A stretch of 63,699 nt of DNA, filler included, from Bigelowiella natans CCMP2755 (GCA_000320545.1; 8 parts of 8 records of this genome joined end to end with filler, not necessarily neighbours in it); one strand, 5' to 3'; positions 52,636 through 62,325 are shown, counted from the first letter of the whole stretch. Made by a program: numbers and translations. Notes: a model not told the origin generated them from the letters alone.

Positions 52636-53736
52636 TTAACTAACAAAGAATCCCCTATCAACTTGCTTTCTTTTTCGCTTACTTGTCCGTATTTCAACAG
52701 GTTCATCGGTCCACTTCTCCCTTGGTTTCGGTGTTTTTTTCTTAATTGCTTTTTTGACTATTTCGTTTTCAGCAGGTTTCAGTTGATTCTTGCTGAAAGT
52801 TTTATCTAAAACACCTTCCAAAATATATCTTACTGGTCGGTCAGGTAATAATAATATGTTTTCAATTTTGTGCGGTTTCAACGAATATCTTATGTCGCCC
52901 TCCCTGAAATTGCCTATTTGTTTCTCTCCTTTAAAATTCACAGGATAATCCAATTTGTATCTCACCTTCCTACCGACCTCGTATAAATCACAATCGCCTC
53001 CCTCCTTACAAGGAACTTCTCCTGTCTGCTTCAACTTCTTCACCTTAGCATTCTCGTTCAACTTCTTCAATATGTCAGGTAATAACTTTAACCACTGCTT
53101 ACTTACTTTATCGTTCTCTAATTCTTTCACCAACTGAGTTTTAATAATAATACTGCCGATACTCTTATTTCGTGCTTCCACATTTGCTTGTTGACTATGT
53201 CTCGCAATACCCGCCCTTCTTAAATATATCCCTTTCTCTTTCAAATATCCATCTAATCCTTTTTTAAATTCACTACCAGCATCTACTTGTAGGATTTTCG
53301 GCGGTTTTAATACCTTGTTCTCGTAATATATCTTGTCTATCGCTTTTCTTACCGCTTCAGCAGTCCTTTTTCGTAGAGGTATAGCATCAGTTTGTTTAGT
53401 ATAATTATCTACTGCTACTAATAAATATCTAAACCCTCTATCATTAGGTAGATAGAGCAAGTCCATCTGTCCTCGCTTACCTGGGTACCCATAGGCATCG
53501 TTGTGAGTTGCTTTTACTTCAGGGTCTTGCTTTTTCTCCCTGGTCAGTTCATCTACTAAATCTTTACTCTTCTTACCGATTAAACTTCCCAGTATGGTTG
53601 GTTTCTTCTTTCGTTTGACTATCTTTTTCCGTTTGACTATCTTTTTCACTATTTTCTTTTTAGGCATTTCAGTTTCAGTATCAGTATCATCATCATCACT
53701 ACTGCTTTCGCTACTATAAGGTTCTTTCTCGTCCAT
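52636..53736 (-). CDS. Retroviral-type (rve) DDE integrase
   Basis: QMDLLYL...YLLVAVDNYTK (D1), LQVDAGSEF (D2) and NVEARNKSI (E), with a C-terminal SH3-like YEVGRKVRYKL...RYILE. Confidence 0.93.
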   Translation of the reverse strand: MDEKEPYSSESSSDDDDTDTETEMPKKKIVKKIVKRKKIVKRKKKPTILGSLIGKKSKDLVDELTREKKQDPEVKATHNDAYGYPGKRGQMDLLYLPNDRGFRYLLVAVDNYTKQTDAIPLRKRTAEAVRKAIDKIYYENKVLKPPKILQVDAGSEFKKGLDGYLKEKGIYLRRAGIARHSQQANVEARNKSIGSIIIKTQLVKELENDKVSKQWLKLLPDILKKLNENAKVKKLKQTGEVPCKEGGDCDLYEVGRKVRYKLDYPVNFKGEKQIGNFREGDIRYSLKPHKIENILLLPDRPVRYILEGVLDKTFSKNQLKPAENEIVKKAIKKKTPKPREKWTDEPVEIRTSKRKRKQVDRGFFVS

Positions 53737-53778
53737 ATATACATAATGTGAGATATAAAATATATGTAGTTTATTTTA

Positions 53779-53973
53779 ATGGATAAAGAAATAGAACGAA
53801 TACTCATACACAAGGGATTAACCAAAGGAATAATAAGTATGATAGATGAATACCTATATCAAAGTTATTTAGTGTGTTTAACTCACAATTTCCGCAGACT
53901 TAACAATAGTCCTAAACTTAGGTTTATCAACAAATTAAATTATAAAAAAAAAATATGTAAATTAATAATATAG
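53779..53973 (+). CDS. Small viral hypothetical protein
   Basis: 64-aa ATG-initiated ORF in the gene-dense viral region. Confidence 0.45.
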   Translation: MDKEIERILIHKGLTKGIISMIDEYLYQSYLVCLTHNFRRLNNSPKLRFINKLNYKKKICKLII

Positions 53974-53977
53974 AAAT

Positions 53978-54154
53978 ATGATAAAGTTAATATATGATTT
54001 AATCGTAAATTTGCTACCAGACAATTTTACAACATACAGGAATGATGATGCTGTTGTGGTTTATGACAGGTCGGTGTGGAAGATGGAAAGCAAAGACGAT
54101 GCTATCTTATTGATTAAGAAGAATATATGTAATATATCAATAATAAATTGTTAA
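53978..54154 (+). CDS. Small viral hypothetical protein (58 aa, below ORF-track cutoff)
   Basis: MIKLIYDLIVNLLPDNFTTYRNDDAVVVYDRSVWKMESKDDAILLIKKN..., abutting the previous ORF. Confidence 0.45.
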   Translation: MIKLIYDLIVNLLPDNFTTYRNDDAVVVYDRSVWKMESKDDAILLIKKNICNISIINC

Positions 54155-54254
54155 TATATATTTATTCCAGATTTCATTTTCAACACATTCAACCCTCTTG
54201 AAGGTGTTGAAACACAATATTAAATTAAATATAAAAATATATAGTATAATATAT

Positions 54255-55214
54255 ATGAATAGTATACTCAAAGATGTTGACAGAACTTCTCTCTTTCCAA
54301 TCAGGCACAAAGACATATGGAATGCCTACAAGATACAACAAGCAGGATACTGGACTGCCGAAGAAATAGATTTCAGTAATGATGCCGATGACTTCTCCAA
54401 ATTAAGTCAGGACGAACAAAAGTACTTAAAATATACTCTCATCTTCTTTGCGAATAGTGATATTGAAGTGAATGAAATGATAAATAGGAATCTATATGAG
54501 GAGTTTAAGGCATTAGAAATTCGTATGTGCTACGACTTTCAAAGGCAAATGGAAAATATACACACAGAAACATACAATCTACAGATAGATACTTTGATAA
54601 AAGATAAAAAAGAGAAGGAGGATTTAATAAATGCTGTAAAGAATAATCCTATTATAGAACAAAAGATTAATTTCTGTAGGAAACAGGTCTTGTTGTACAA
54701 CTCCATACAGCATAAATTGATATGTCAGGTCATCTTTGAAGGCATATTCTTCGCTTCCTCGTTTGCTTGTATTTACTACTTCAAGCAGAAAGGTATATTG
54801 AAAGGTCTAACTTTATCTAATGAGTTTATCAGCAGAGATGAGAACCTACATTATAGTTTCAGTATTATGCTATACAATAAGTTAGAGAAGAGACTATCAC
54901 AAGCAGAAGTAGCGGTGTTGTTTGATAAGGCACTATGTATTGAGAGAGACTTCATCACACAAGCATTACCTGTTAGATTGTTAGGAATGAATGCGGATAT
55001 GATGTTAGACTATATCAAATTCACAATAGACAACATATTACTCAAATTAGGTTATGATACAATCCACAATGTGAGTAATCCTTTGACCTGGATGGAAAGA
55101 CTGGATTTACAAGGCAAGACCAATTTCTTTGAGAGTAGAGAAAGCAACTACCAATCTGCTAATGTATTAAACGAGAACAAAGAAGACATCTTCCAAGTAG
55201 ACCTCAATTTTTAA
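54255..55214 (+). CDS. Ribonucleotide reductase small (R2) subunit, class Ia
   Basis: LFPIRHKDIWNAYK...YWTAEEIDFSND, MENIHTETY (Fe ligands + radical Tyr), EGIFFASSFACI, GLTLSNEFISRDENLH, GKTNFFESRESNYQ and C-terminal ..LNF. Confidence 0.97.
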   Translation: MNSILKDVDRTSLFPIRHKDIWNAYKIQQAGYWTAEEIDFSNDADDFSKLSQDEQKYLKYTLIFFANSDIEVNEMINRNLYEEFKALEIRMCYDFQRQMENIHTETYNLQIDTLIKDKKEKEDLINAVKNNPIIEQKINFCRKQVLLYNSIQHKLICQVIFEGIFFASSFACIYYFKQKGILKGLTLSNEFISRDENLHYSFSIMLYNKLEKRLSQAEVAVLFDKALCIERDFITQALPVRLLGMNADMMLDYIKFTIDNILLKLGYDTIHNVSNPLTWMERLDLQGKTNFFESRESNYQSANVLNENKEDIFQVDLNF

Positions 55215-55231
55215 TATCTAAATTATTATAG

Positions 55232-55441
55232 ATGCTACTGGAAATAGTTAGACTATTACAATTACAACTACGATTAACAAGATTAAGAAAAGAGATAAAC
55301 AAATTGATAAAGCAAAACAAGAAACTGATAAAAGAGAACAGCAAATTGTTGATACAATTAAATATTATGAAACAACCCTTTGATGACACTGGTGATTTAA
55401 CTGATAGTGCTTTTAGAATGTTGATGAACGACGAAAAATAA
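55232..55441 (+). CDS. Small coiled-coil viral protein
   Basis: Heptad Leu pattern LRKEINKLIKQNKKLIKENSKL; TCTA 11 nt upstream. Confidence 0.55.
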   Translation: MLLEIVRLLQLQLRLTRLRKEINKLIKQNKKLIKENSKLLIQLNIMKQPFDDTGDLTDSAFRMLMNDEK

Positions 55442-55456
55442 TCTAATCTTTATTAA

Positions 55457-55567
55457 ATGATTGTAGTGTTATTAATATTAGGACTTATCTTTTCCATAGG
55501 TTATACAATAGGTAAGATAGTAGCAAGGAACACGGATTTAGACCCCACCAACGATATTAGAGTATGA
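55457..55567 (+). CDS. 36-aa single-pass membrane micro-protein
   Basis: MIVVLLILGLIFSIGYTIGKIVARNTDLDPTNDIRV*; TCTA 11 nt upstream. Confidence 0.5.
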   Translation: MIVVLLILGLIFSIGYTIGKIVARNTDLDPTNDIRV

Positions 55568-55868
55568 TGAGATTAAATTTATCAGCATAGTCCTCTAAAC
55601 TATCCTTCAAATCAGGTTTATTCCACAAGACCCAACAAGATAATGAACCAGCAGTCAGGAATTTACTCCAATCTTCATTCTTCATATGCCTTATCAGGTA
55701 TCTATCTTTTCTGTTTTCATCTTTATGTATCGTAAAGTCGCTATACCGACTATCTCCAAAGTCTGTGTGTTTTACTTTTATTATCCTTCCACCCTTATCA
55801 ACATAAAAGAGCATCCTATGCTTCTTATTTTTAAGAGGTGATTTCATTAGTTTAATATATATTTTCAT
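55557..55868 (-). CDS. Conserved viral hypothetical protein (DUF5754-like)
   Basis: KS..KNKK...FG...YSDFTIHKD..RK.RYL.RH...EDW....AG.LS..VLWNKP pattern typical of giant-virus/virophage small proteins (recognised from memory). Confidence 0.7.
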   Translation of the reverse strand: MKIYIKLMKSPLKNKKHRMLFYVDKGGRIIKVKHTDFGDSRYSDFTIHKDENRKDRYLIRHMKNEDWSKFLTAGSLSCWVLWNKPDLKDSLEDYADKFNLIIL

Positions 55869-55883
55869 ATTATAATAGTTAAC

Positions 55884-55982
55884 ATAAAATAAATTGTTAA
55901 AAAAACAATTTATTTTATATTAAGAGGAAAAATAAATTTCTATTTATTTTTTCTTGTTCTTAACAAGAATATTATAATATAA
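55884..55982. terminator. Cluster of AT-rich hairpins 3' of MCP (putative hairpin polyadenylation/termination signals)
   Basis: ATAAAATAAATTGTT-aaaaa-AACAATTTATTTTAT (15-bp stem, 55884-55918), AAAAATAAAT-ttct-ATTTATTTTT and TTCTTGTT-ctt-AACAAGAA. Confidence 0.55.
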
Positions 55983-55985
55983 AAT

Positions 55986-57800
55986 TTATAATAAAGAAGA
56001 GAGTTTCTTTTTCATCCCGCCACCACTTACAGATGCTTTACCTCCTATCTTTTTCTTCAGCACATTTGCTCCCATTTTAAGAACGGCATCTTGAACTTTA
56101 GGATTAGAGGCAATATTTTTCACAGTTTTTCCAACTTTAGATGCTAAACTGCTGAAGAACCCTGAACCGACTAATTTGTTTTCAACATCACTTCCTCCAA
56201 ATTGTGCTGATAATACATCCTGTTCTGTAATAAGGTTCTTAACAATCATAGAAGAACCTGCTACAGTCTTGAAAAATCCTGATTGAGGGGTCATAACTAC
56301 AAGTTGAAGGTTTGGAATAGCAACATCACCCATTGCTGTAGGTTTCATACAGGTTGCTTGGACTTGTAATGTGTAGTTTCCAATCACACCTGGTGCTTGA
56401 GAAGGGTTTAATTCAATATCTTTACCCATCTTAGCAATAACGAACCCACCACTGGTGTGGATTTTTCTGCCTTTACTTCTACTGCTTCCAATGTAGGTGT
56501 GGAAATCAATTTCTAATCCATTATCATAACTCATCTTGTATAATTTATCCATAGGCATTGTGTTTAAAAGACCGCTTCTGTTATCAAATGTAATGTTTAA
56601 ATTTGTGATGGGAAAATAGAATTCATTTTCTGTTGAATCATATTTTGTTTTCTTAACAGCAATAATTAAACTATCAGGGATACTTGGTAATGTTATGGTG
56701 GATGATATTATGGTTTTACTGTTGTTTGTCCCTTGAGGAAGACCAGTAGTATCAACAGTTCTATATGTAGGGAACTCCATATATGGGACAATATTTTCAG
56801 GACTGACTTTGAGGTCTAAAGCAGGAGTTAAACACACAACATCTATATAACTTTGTAAAAATGGTGACTTTCCATTTAATGTAACGAATTCTGCTTTACA
56901 GGTTATAGCACCTGCTTGAGTGCCGATTCTGTTTCCATCGTAGCAGACTGCTCTGCTTGGGTCTTTGAAATTGATTTGGAGAGTAGCATTATTAACACCG
57001 TATAAACCTACACTATGATAATTCTCTGGAACATAGCATAACGGACTAATCATAAGTTTCTCTTTGGATGTAAATTTTAGGTAAAATTTATATTGTGCTT
57101 GGACATTACCACCAACTGCTCTTACGACTGGTTCGCCATCCACATATGGATAAGCAACACCACCTATGTTCACATTTCCATTACCATTTAAATCAGTACC
57201 AGTACCATCTACAAAACTAACATCAAAATGTGCTCCATTCTTGTGGTAGAATTTATCGCCGTCAAAGAACCCAGTAATACTATTATTGAATGCCCCTTTG
57301 CCTTCGCTATATTTTCCATAAGGTGATAAATAGGACGGGCAAATCGCACTGCTACTGTCATATTTTGGGTCAGTAGTTATTAGAAGCAACTGCTCGTTTA
57401 TGGATTGGTCTAAATTGGTTGTGGATACTGTATCGTTGATTTGAAGACTCATTGTGGAAACCATTCTGTGTAAAGGGAAATTGTTTAATGATAAGATTTC
57501 ACTTAAGGTTGCGATTTTAGCATTAGCAGCAGGGTTTCCACCAGCACCAAGATCAGCATTAGTATTAAAATCACCTCTGTTTACAGTAACTAAAAGGGTG
57601 ACCTCGCTGGTCCAGTTTATCTTTCGGTCAACAAAGACATTCAAAGAAGGTATTGTAATGTTATAGTTTTGATTACTTGCACTTGCGGATAAGGATTTAA
57701 TCTGTTTGTTATTGACTGACATAGAACTCTTAGAGATTTTATATTCAGGTGGTAACTGAACTGTTCTCGCATCATAAACTGCTTTCTTACTTAAATTCAT
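55986..57800 (-). CDS. Virophage major capsid protein (double jelly-roll)
   Basis: 604 aa with NITIPSLNVFVDRKINW, FPLHRMVSTMSLQIND, EKLMISPL, GLYGVNNATLQINF, STITLPSIPDSLII, FPITNLNITFDNRSGLL and APGVIGNYTLQV, which are virophage MCP-type motifs. Adjacent to the penton gene. Confidence 0.93.
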   Translation of the reverse strand: MNLSKKAVYDARTVQLPPEYKISKSSMSVNNKQIKSLSASASNQNYNITIPSLNVFVDRKINWTSEVTLLVTVNRGDFNTNADLGAGGNPAANAKIATLSEILSLNNFPLHRMVSTMSLQINDTVSTTNLDQSINEQLLLITTDPKYDSSSAICPSYLSPYGKYSEGKGAFNNSITGFFDGDKFYHKNGAHFDVSFVDGTGTDLNGNGNVNIGGVAYPYVDGEPVVRAVGGNVQAQYKFYLKFTSKEKLMISPLCYVPENYHSVGLYGVNNATLQINFKDPSRAVCYDGNRIGTQAGAITCKAEFVTLNGKSPFLQSYIDVVCLTPALDLKVSPENIVPYMEFPTYRTVDTTGLPQGTNNSKTIISSTITLPSIPDSLIIAVKKTKYDSTENEFYFPITNLNITFDNRSGLLNTMPMDKLYKMSYDNGLEIDFHTYIGSSRSKGRKIHTSGGFVIAKMGKDIELNPSQAPGVIGNYTLQVQATCMKPTAMGDVAIPNLQLVVMTPQSGFFKTVAGSSMIVKNLITEQDVLSAQFGGSDVENKLVGSGFFSSLASKVGKTVKNIASNPKVQDAVLKMGANVLKKKIGGKASVSGGGMKKKLSSLL

Positions 57801-57830
57801 ATATAATTACACCGAGAAAAAAAATTTAAA

Positions 57831-59120
57831 CTATTTTTGCTTTCGTTGAAACATCAGTTTTAGATGGATGCTACTTTTGTTAGGCATTCGTATAGGGACT
57901 AAATCACCGGTTAAGCGATGCTTCCAAAATGCCGAAATCTGTATACTTTTTAAGGGGATGTTCGCAGAGGTAAAGTTAATATATCTGTATTCACCGCTTG
58001 GAACATAGGTAATCGTTCCGCTATAATCATCGGCACTACTAATACCTACTGTCATATCACTAATAACCTTTTGGGAGGTATCTTGCCTACTATCGCTTAC
58101 TTGCTGTCGGTCTACAAATTCTAAAGGTGTTCCTGTGATTTCACTCTCAATGGGAATGATATTGGTAGTAAATACAATCGCACTGACTGGACACCATAAA
58201 CTGCTCACACTCTCATAGTCTTGAGATAAAATACTATATGTTTTATTTCCTTTGGTGAGTGAATGAATGTCTAAATCATCCTCAATTGGTAGAATATCGT
58301 AGGCACATCCTGGTATAGACATATTTTCTACTATATCAGTAATCGTGCCTCTGTTATATTCTATAGTGTTTTTAAGGTCGCCTCCTATGTAGTTGTGATG
58401 AAAATTGCTAAAGAGTAAGAAGAGGTTGCTGTTAAAAAACAATCTACCTTTCACATCAAAAATTGTATTGTTGAACCTGTTGTCTTTCTTTCCGTGTATA
58501 TCCTTGTCTAAATAAAGTTTAAATAACTGCGAACTCTCTTCATAATAAAGTATAGGTGCTTTGAGATTGTCTAAATGTGTTATTTCATCAGGAAGAAGAC
58601 CTGGGACTTCTGCTTTACATTTAGCAATCAGGTTGTCGTGACATCGTTTAAGAGTTTTGTTTATCAAGTGTGCTATATGACTATAGGTAGAGACATAGTA
58701 ATAATTGGTAGATAAATCCATCTGCTTCCCTACAGTTGTGGGTGGACTGGTGTTTTTGTTCTGGGTTTCAAAATAGACAGTTTCGGTCTGAGACTTTTTG
58801 TGATGTATCCCATTTTGAATAAAGTGGTAGAACAGAGTTATTTTGTAAATGGTCTTATTCGCATCGGTCTGGTCTCGCTCAATTTCAGGTATGAATATAG
58901 GGATTTCTCTACCTACACCATTTAATTGAAACCGAATGATGGAGAAATACCAACTGCTGACATCGTCTAATAATGCCTTTGATAGGGTGTCTGTATAACT
59001 CACTACAGGATTATCCTTATTGCTGTCTATGGTCTCGTTATTCACAATATCTAAATTGTAATAAAGGTGGTCTTGATGCTCTTTGTTAAAATTATTCATA
59101 GCAAATATATAACTATTCAT
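57831..59120 (-). CDS. Virophage minor capsid (penton) protein
   Basis: HLYYNLDIVN, YFSIIRFQL...IPIFIP, WCPVSAIVFTT..IPI and YVPSGEYRYI...PLKSIQISAFWK...IKLMF-like end; immediately upstream of MCP. Confidence 0.9.
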   Translation of the reverse strand: MNSYIFAMNNFNKEHQDHLYYNLDIVNNETIDSNKDNPVVSYTDTLSKALLDDVSSWYFSIIRFQLNGVGREIPIFIPEIERDQTDANKTIYKITLFYHFIQNGIHHKKSQTETVYFETQNKNTSPPTTVGKQMDLSTNYYYVSTYSHIAHLINKTLKRCHDNLIAKCKAEVPGLLPDEITHLDNLKAPILYYEESSQLFKLYLDKDIHGKKDNRFNNTIFDVKGRLFFNSNLFLLFSNFHHNYIGGDLKNTIEYNRGTITDIVENMSIPGCAYDILPIEDDLDIHSLTKGNKTYSILSQDYESVSSLWCPVSAIVFTTNIIPIESEITGTPLEFVDRQQVSDSRQDTSQKVISDMTVGISSADDYSGTITYVPSGEYRYINFTSANIPLKSIQISAFWKHRLTGDLVPIRMPNKSSIHLKLMFQRKQK

Positions 59121-59145
59121 TATTAATAAAATTTAGATAATTTTT

Positions 59146-59856
59146 TTAATATTTTAAATTGTTTTTTTTGATGTATTGTGATGCTTCAATAAACTTTAGT
59201 CCCTTATCTTTCATCAATTTTTTAATCAAAGCACCCCTTCGTTTCCTTCTGTCGTTTGGATTTGTGGATTTGACCCTTGACTTAACAATCTTCAATCCTT
59301 TATCACATTGGATGATGTTGCTTCGGTTGGTTTTCCTTTTCTTTTCTGTACTGATGATGGTGGGTGTTATGCGACGAGACGGTTTGGATTTTTTAGTTTT
59401 CCTTCCTTTTGTAACATCTACCTCATTGATTTCATCCAGCGATTTGCCTGTGTATTTAAGTGCGATGTCGTTCAACCTTTCTCGTTCTGCTTCCTGTGCT
59501 TTTGTTCCACCTTTTTTCTCATTATCAGCACCTCCATAGTGGTATCCTTTTCCTTTGACTTTTTGAATGAGTGCCTTTATATTAATCTTTTTCTTCTTCT
59601 TCTTTTTGTGTTTTACTCCAGATGCTTGGACGACTTCATTCGCTACATCCAGGACAGGTGCTATCTCAGGTATTAATTTTTTACCCACTTTCATAGGTAT
59701 TGAAAACCCCTTCTTAAATCCTTTGTGAAAGTCTTTCCAAAATCCAGCACCCATTAAATTCTTTAGTTGTTTAACTTCGTCATCCATTTCCATAATGTTC
59801 TTAGCATAGTGTAATCCTAACTCTGATGCTCTTGATTTATCAGCATTCTGTGACAT
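59146..59856 (-). CDS. Highly basic putative core/structural protein with Gly-x-Gly and Gly-Gly sites
   Basis: Lys/Arg-rich, with LMGAGFWKDFHKGFKKGF, KGKGYHYGG and C-terminal RGALIKKLMKDKGLKFIEASQYIKKNNL. Co-oriented with the capsid genes. Confidence 0.65.
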   Translation of the reverse strand: MSQNADKSRASELGLHYAKNIMEMDDEVKQLKNLMGAGFWKDFHKGFKKGFSIPMKVGKKLIPEIAPVLDVANEVVQASGVKHKKKKKKKINIKALIQKVKGKGYHYGGADNEKKGGTKAQEAERERLNDIALKYTGKSLDEINEVDVTKGRKTKKSKPSRRITPTIISTEKKRKTNRSNIIQCDKGLKIVKSRVKSTNPNDRRKRRGALIKKLMKDKGLKFIEASQYIKKNNLKY

Positions 59857-59906
59857 ATGTATATATATATAAATCATTAGATATTTTTTTTTTCTCAATA
59901 AAATTT

Positions 59907-59910
59907 TCTA
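59907..59910 (+). promoter_or_regulatory. TCT[A/C] late-promoter-like motif (example; recurs upstream of at least 8 viral ORFs)
   Basis: TCTA/TCTC in AT-rich context 11-14 nt upstream of the ATG at 50170, 53736, 55232, 55457, 57800, 59120, 59924 and 60547. Confidence 0.7.
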
Positions 59911-59923
59911 TATAATAATTAAT

Positions 59924-60526
59924 ATGGTGAAAAAATTTAAAGATGTCATTGATGAGAAAGAGTATTACATAGGTTCTGTGAATTCCTATAAACAAAAACC
60001 TACAGACATAAACCAAAACCTAAAATTAAAATATGATAGTGATACTTTTGATGTATATATAGATGATAGGTTGAAGGTGTTGAAATACAATCCTGAACAA
60101 GTTAGAAGTTTCTTTGATTTTGTAAAATGAAGGTTTGACTATACCCCAACTATGCTTAAGGCACACAGCTTAGACCAACCTGCTTTCAGGAAACTATATA
60201 ATTACGAAGATGGAAACCCAACGATATTACGGAACGACTATGTAGAAGGCGGCAAGCACCTAAACTCCCAAATGAATATCTCGCCTGATGTGTTGTTAAA
60301 CCTCATTAAGAAAAGCGGATACAAACCTATATTTAATAAGAAAATATACCAAAACAGGACCGATAAAAGCAATGCTACTTGCGGAAGATGGGTTCTCTTA
60401 AGGTTCGCTTTTTCAAAATACAACCTCAAAGAGTTTGACAGGATTTTAAAACATATAAAAAATAAGACCTGTATCAATTCATTAGAATTGAGTGTTTTAT
60501 ATACAAATGAAATTTTAAATAAATAA
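59924..60526 (+). pseudogene. Virophage maturation cysteine protease, apparently broken (C-terminal half recognisable)
   Basis: FNKKIYQNRTDKSNATCGRWVLLR is the Q..C adenain/Ulp1-type motif. ORFs 59924-60130 and 60152-60526 are in the same frame, separated by TGA at 60128-60130. No clear GHW catalytic His motif. Confidence 0.65.
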
Positions 60527-60546
60527 TTATCTAAACTTATATATAT

Positions 60547-61329
60547 ATGAAAAAAAATAATGCTATGATAAAAGGACACGACGAGAAAAAACGAATCCCC
60601 TTCTATGATAACACACGAAGATTCATCTTACAGAGGGCAAAGCAGTCTATTGATTATAATAAGAAGAAAATGAATGAATACATAAATGGTAAATTACTAC
60701 CCCATATCCTTCCCCCAGATACACCAACAGGAGCATTCAACAGATTACACATCCAATCTCTCCATTCGGCGATGCCTATTGATAGCAATAGTGCTTATGC
60801 TACTACTAAAAGAGGTTCAGGTAGGTACTACAACAACATTTTCAAAAATATGCTTGAAAACAAGAGGCAGTTTTTTGCTGAAAGAGATGCTCTTAAACAG
60901 GGTTTATCTGTGTTGAAAGAAGATGATGAGAAACCTGCTACTGAAAAGGAAAGCATCTTCAAAGGGGAGAGTGGTTATGTAAAGATGCTTAACCAAGTCG
61001 TTGATTTATTTGAGGAAGGTGATTACAGCGAGATAAAACTAACCTACTTACGAAATGCTTACTCACAACTCAAAAAGGAATACAACACGATAAAAAAAGA
61101 TGATGTTGTTAAATATGCTAAATTTATCGCATCAGTGATAAAGTATCATTTTGAAGGAAACAAAACATTCACTCGTAATGTTAAGGGCAAACAACTTAGA
61201 GTGACTGCTAAGAGTTTTCCTAAATCAAAGTTAATGGTCTTCTTCAAGATATTAAACCTAAGTGTCATCATATTAGGCAATAAAAATAAGTCTGACGAGG
61301 AACTTAAAATCGTTATTGAAAGGAAGTAG
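60547..61329 (+). CDS. Viral hypothetical protein (260 aa)
   Basis: Intron-less AT-rich ORF with TCTA 13 nt upstream; contains KRGSG. Confidence 0.7.
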   Translation: MKKNNAMIKGHDEKKRIPFYDNTRRFILQRAKQSIDYNKKKMNEYINGKLLPHILPPDTPTGAFNRLHIQSLHSAMPIDSNSAYATTKRGSGRYYNNIFKNMLENKRQFFAERDALKQGLSVLKEDDEKPATEKESIFKGESGYVKMLNQVVDLFEEGDYSEIKLTYLRNAYSQLKKEYNTIKKDDVVKYAKFIASVIKYHFEGNKTFTRNVKGKQLRVTAKSFPKSKLMVFFKILNLSVIILGNKNKSDEELKIVIERK

Positions 61330-62114
61330 CAAGATGCTAAATGCCCCTAAAACTCCACAGGCAGGAGAGACCTTTTCAATGATTTAAAGAGCAAATATAA
61401 TGTAAGCATCCCTACATANNNNNNNNNNNNNNNNNNNNNNNNNNNNNNNNNNNNNNNNNNNNTTAATTAATTAANNNNNNNNNNNNNNNNNNNNNNNNNN
61501 NNNNNNNNNNNNNNNNNNCTCCGTATGCATTCAATGTCGACATCGTCAAGAAAAGGGGGCGTTCCACCGTGAGAGAACACCCCATGACAATCAAGTTTCC
61601 CCCCCCCCCCCCCCCTATTTATCGCCTTCTTCGTCTTGCACTCACCTCAAGTGTTTGTAGCTCGCATTCAAAATCGATCAGATTCGCGAAGTCAAACTCC
61701 GTAAAGCACCCGAATGATGATTCTCTATCATTTGTTTCTGTTTGTACTGCGGCGTCACTGCTTTGAAGCTCCCCCCCTTCGCAAATCTACGAGAGTGAGT
61801 GGGAACACGGGCAAGGAGGGGGGGACGCACATCGTCAGAAGAAGGACAGAGCATCACGTGCATGCACCCCCCGAAGAAACACACATGAGGCACCTCTCCA
61901 TCTGCGGCGAGCTGTGCCCCGAGCGCATCGAGTTTGTTTAGTACAAAAGAAACACACGGAACTTCGGCCTGCCAATCTGCGATGTTCAGCGGGACGCTCA
62001 CTCCTGTATTATGTTGAGTATATATATATATACGCTACTGTATTTCTAACACCGCTCCTACTTCCATGAATGAGGGAAATGTTGAGATTAATATTCATTC
62101 ATGCAACTTTGAGT

Positions 62115-62150
<36 letters not shown>

Positions 62151-62325
62151 TTGCTATCCTCATTAAAACATCATTCTCCACCTTGTCTCCGCGGTTGCAC
62201 CCCGGCCACTGCAAGCACAGCCTTCATGATACTGCCGGATTGATAGATCGGATGAGGATATTAACGAATTTCAATCAATAGAATCCGTGGAAGGAAAAAC
62301 TTATGAAGAATCAAATGTATTGATT

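Larger units (their letters stand above)
47600..61418. mobile_element. Endogenous virophage (provirophage, Lavidaviridae-like), rve-integrase type; right end lost in assembly gap, left boundary approximate
   Basis: Shift to dense, intron-less, AT-rich ORFs, including virophage-type MCP (604 aa) and adjacent penton (429 aa), a protease fragment (YQ...TCGRW), an rve integrase and an RNR small subunit. Packaging ATPase and replication genes are not seen in the window. Confidence 0.92.
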
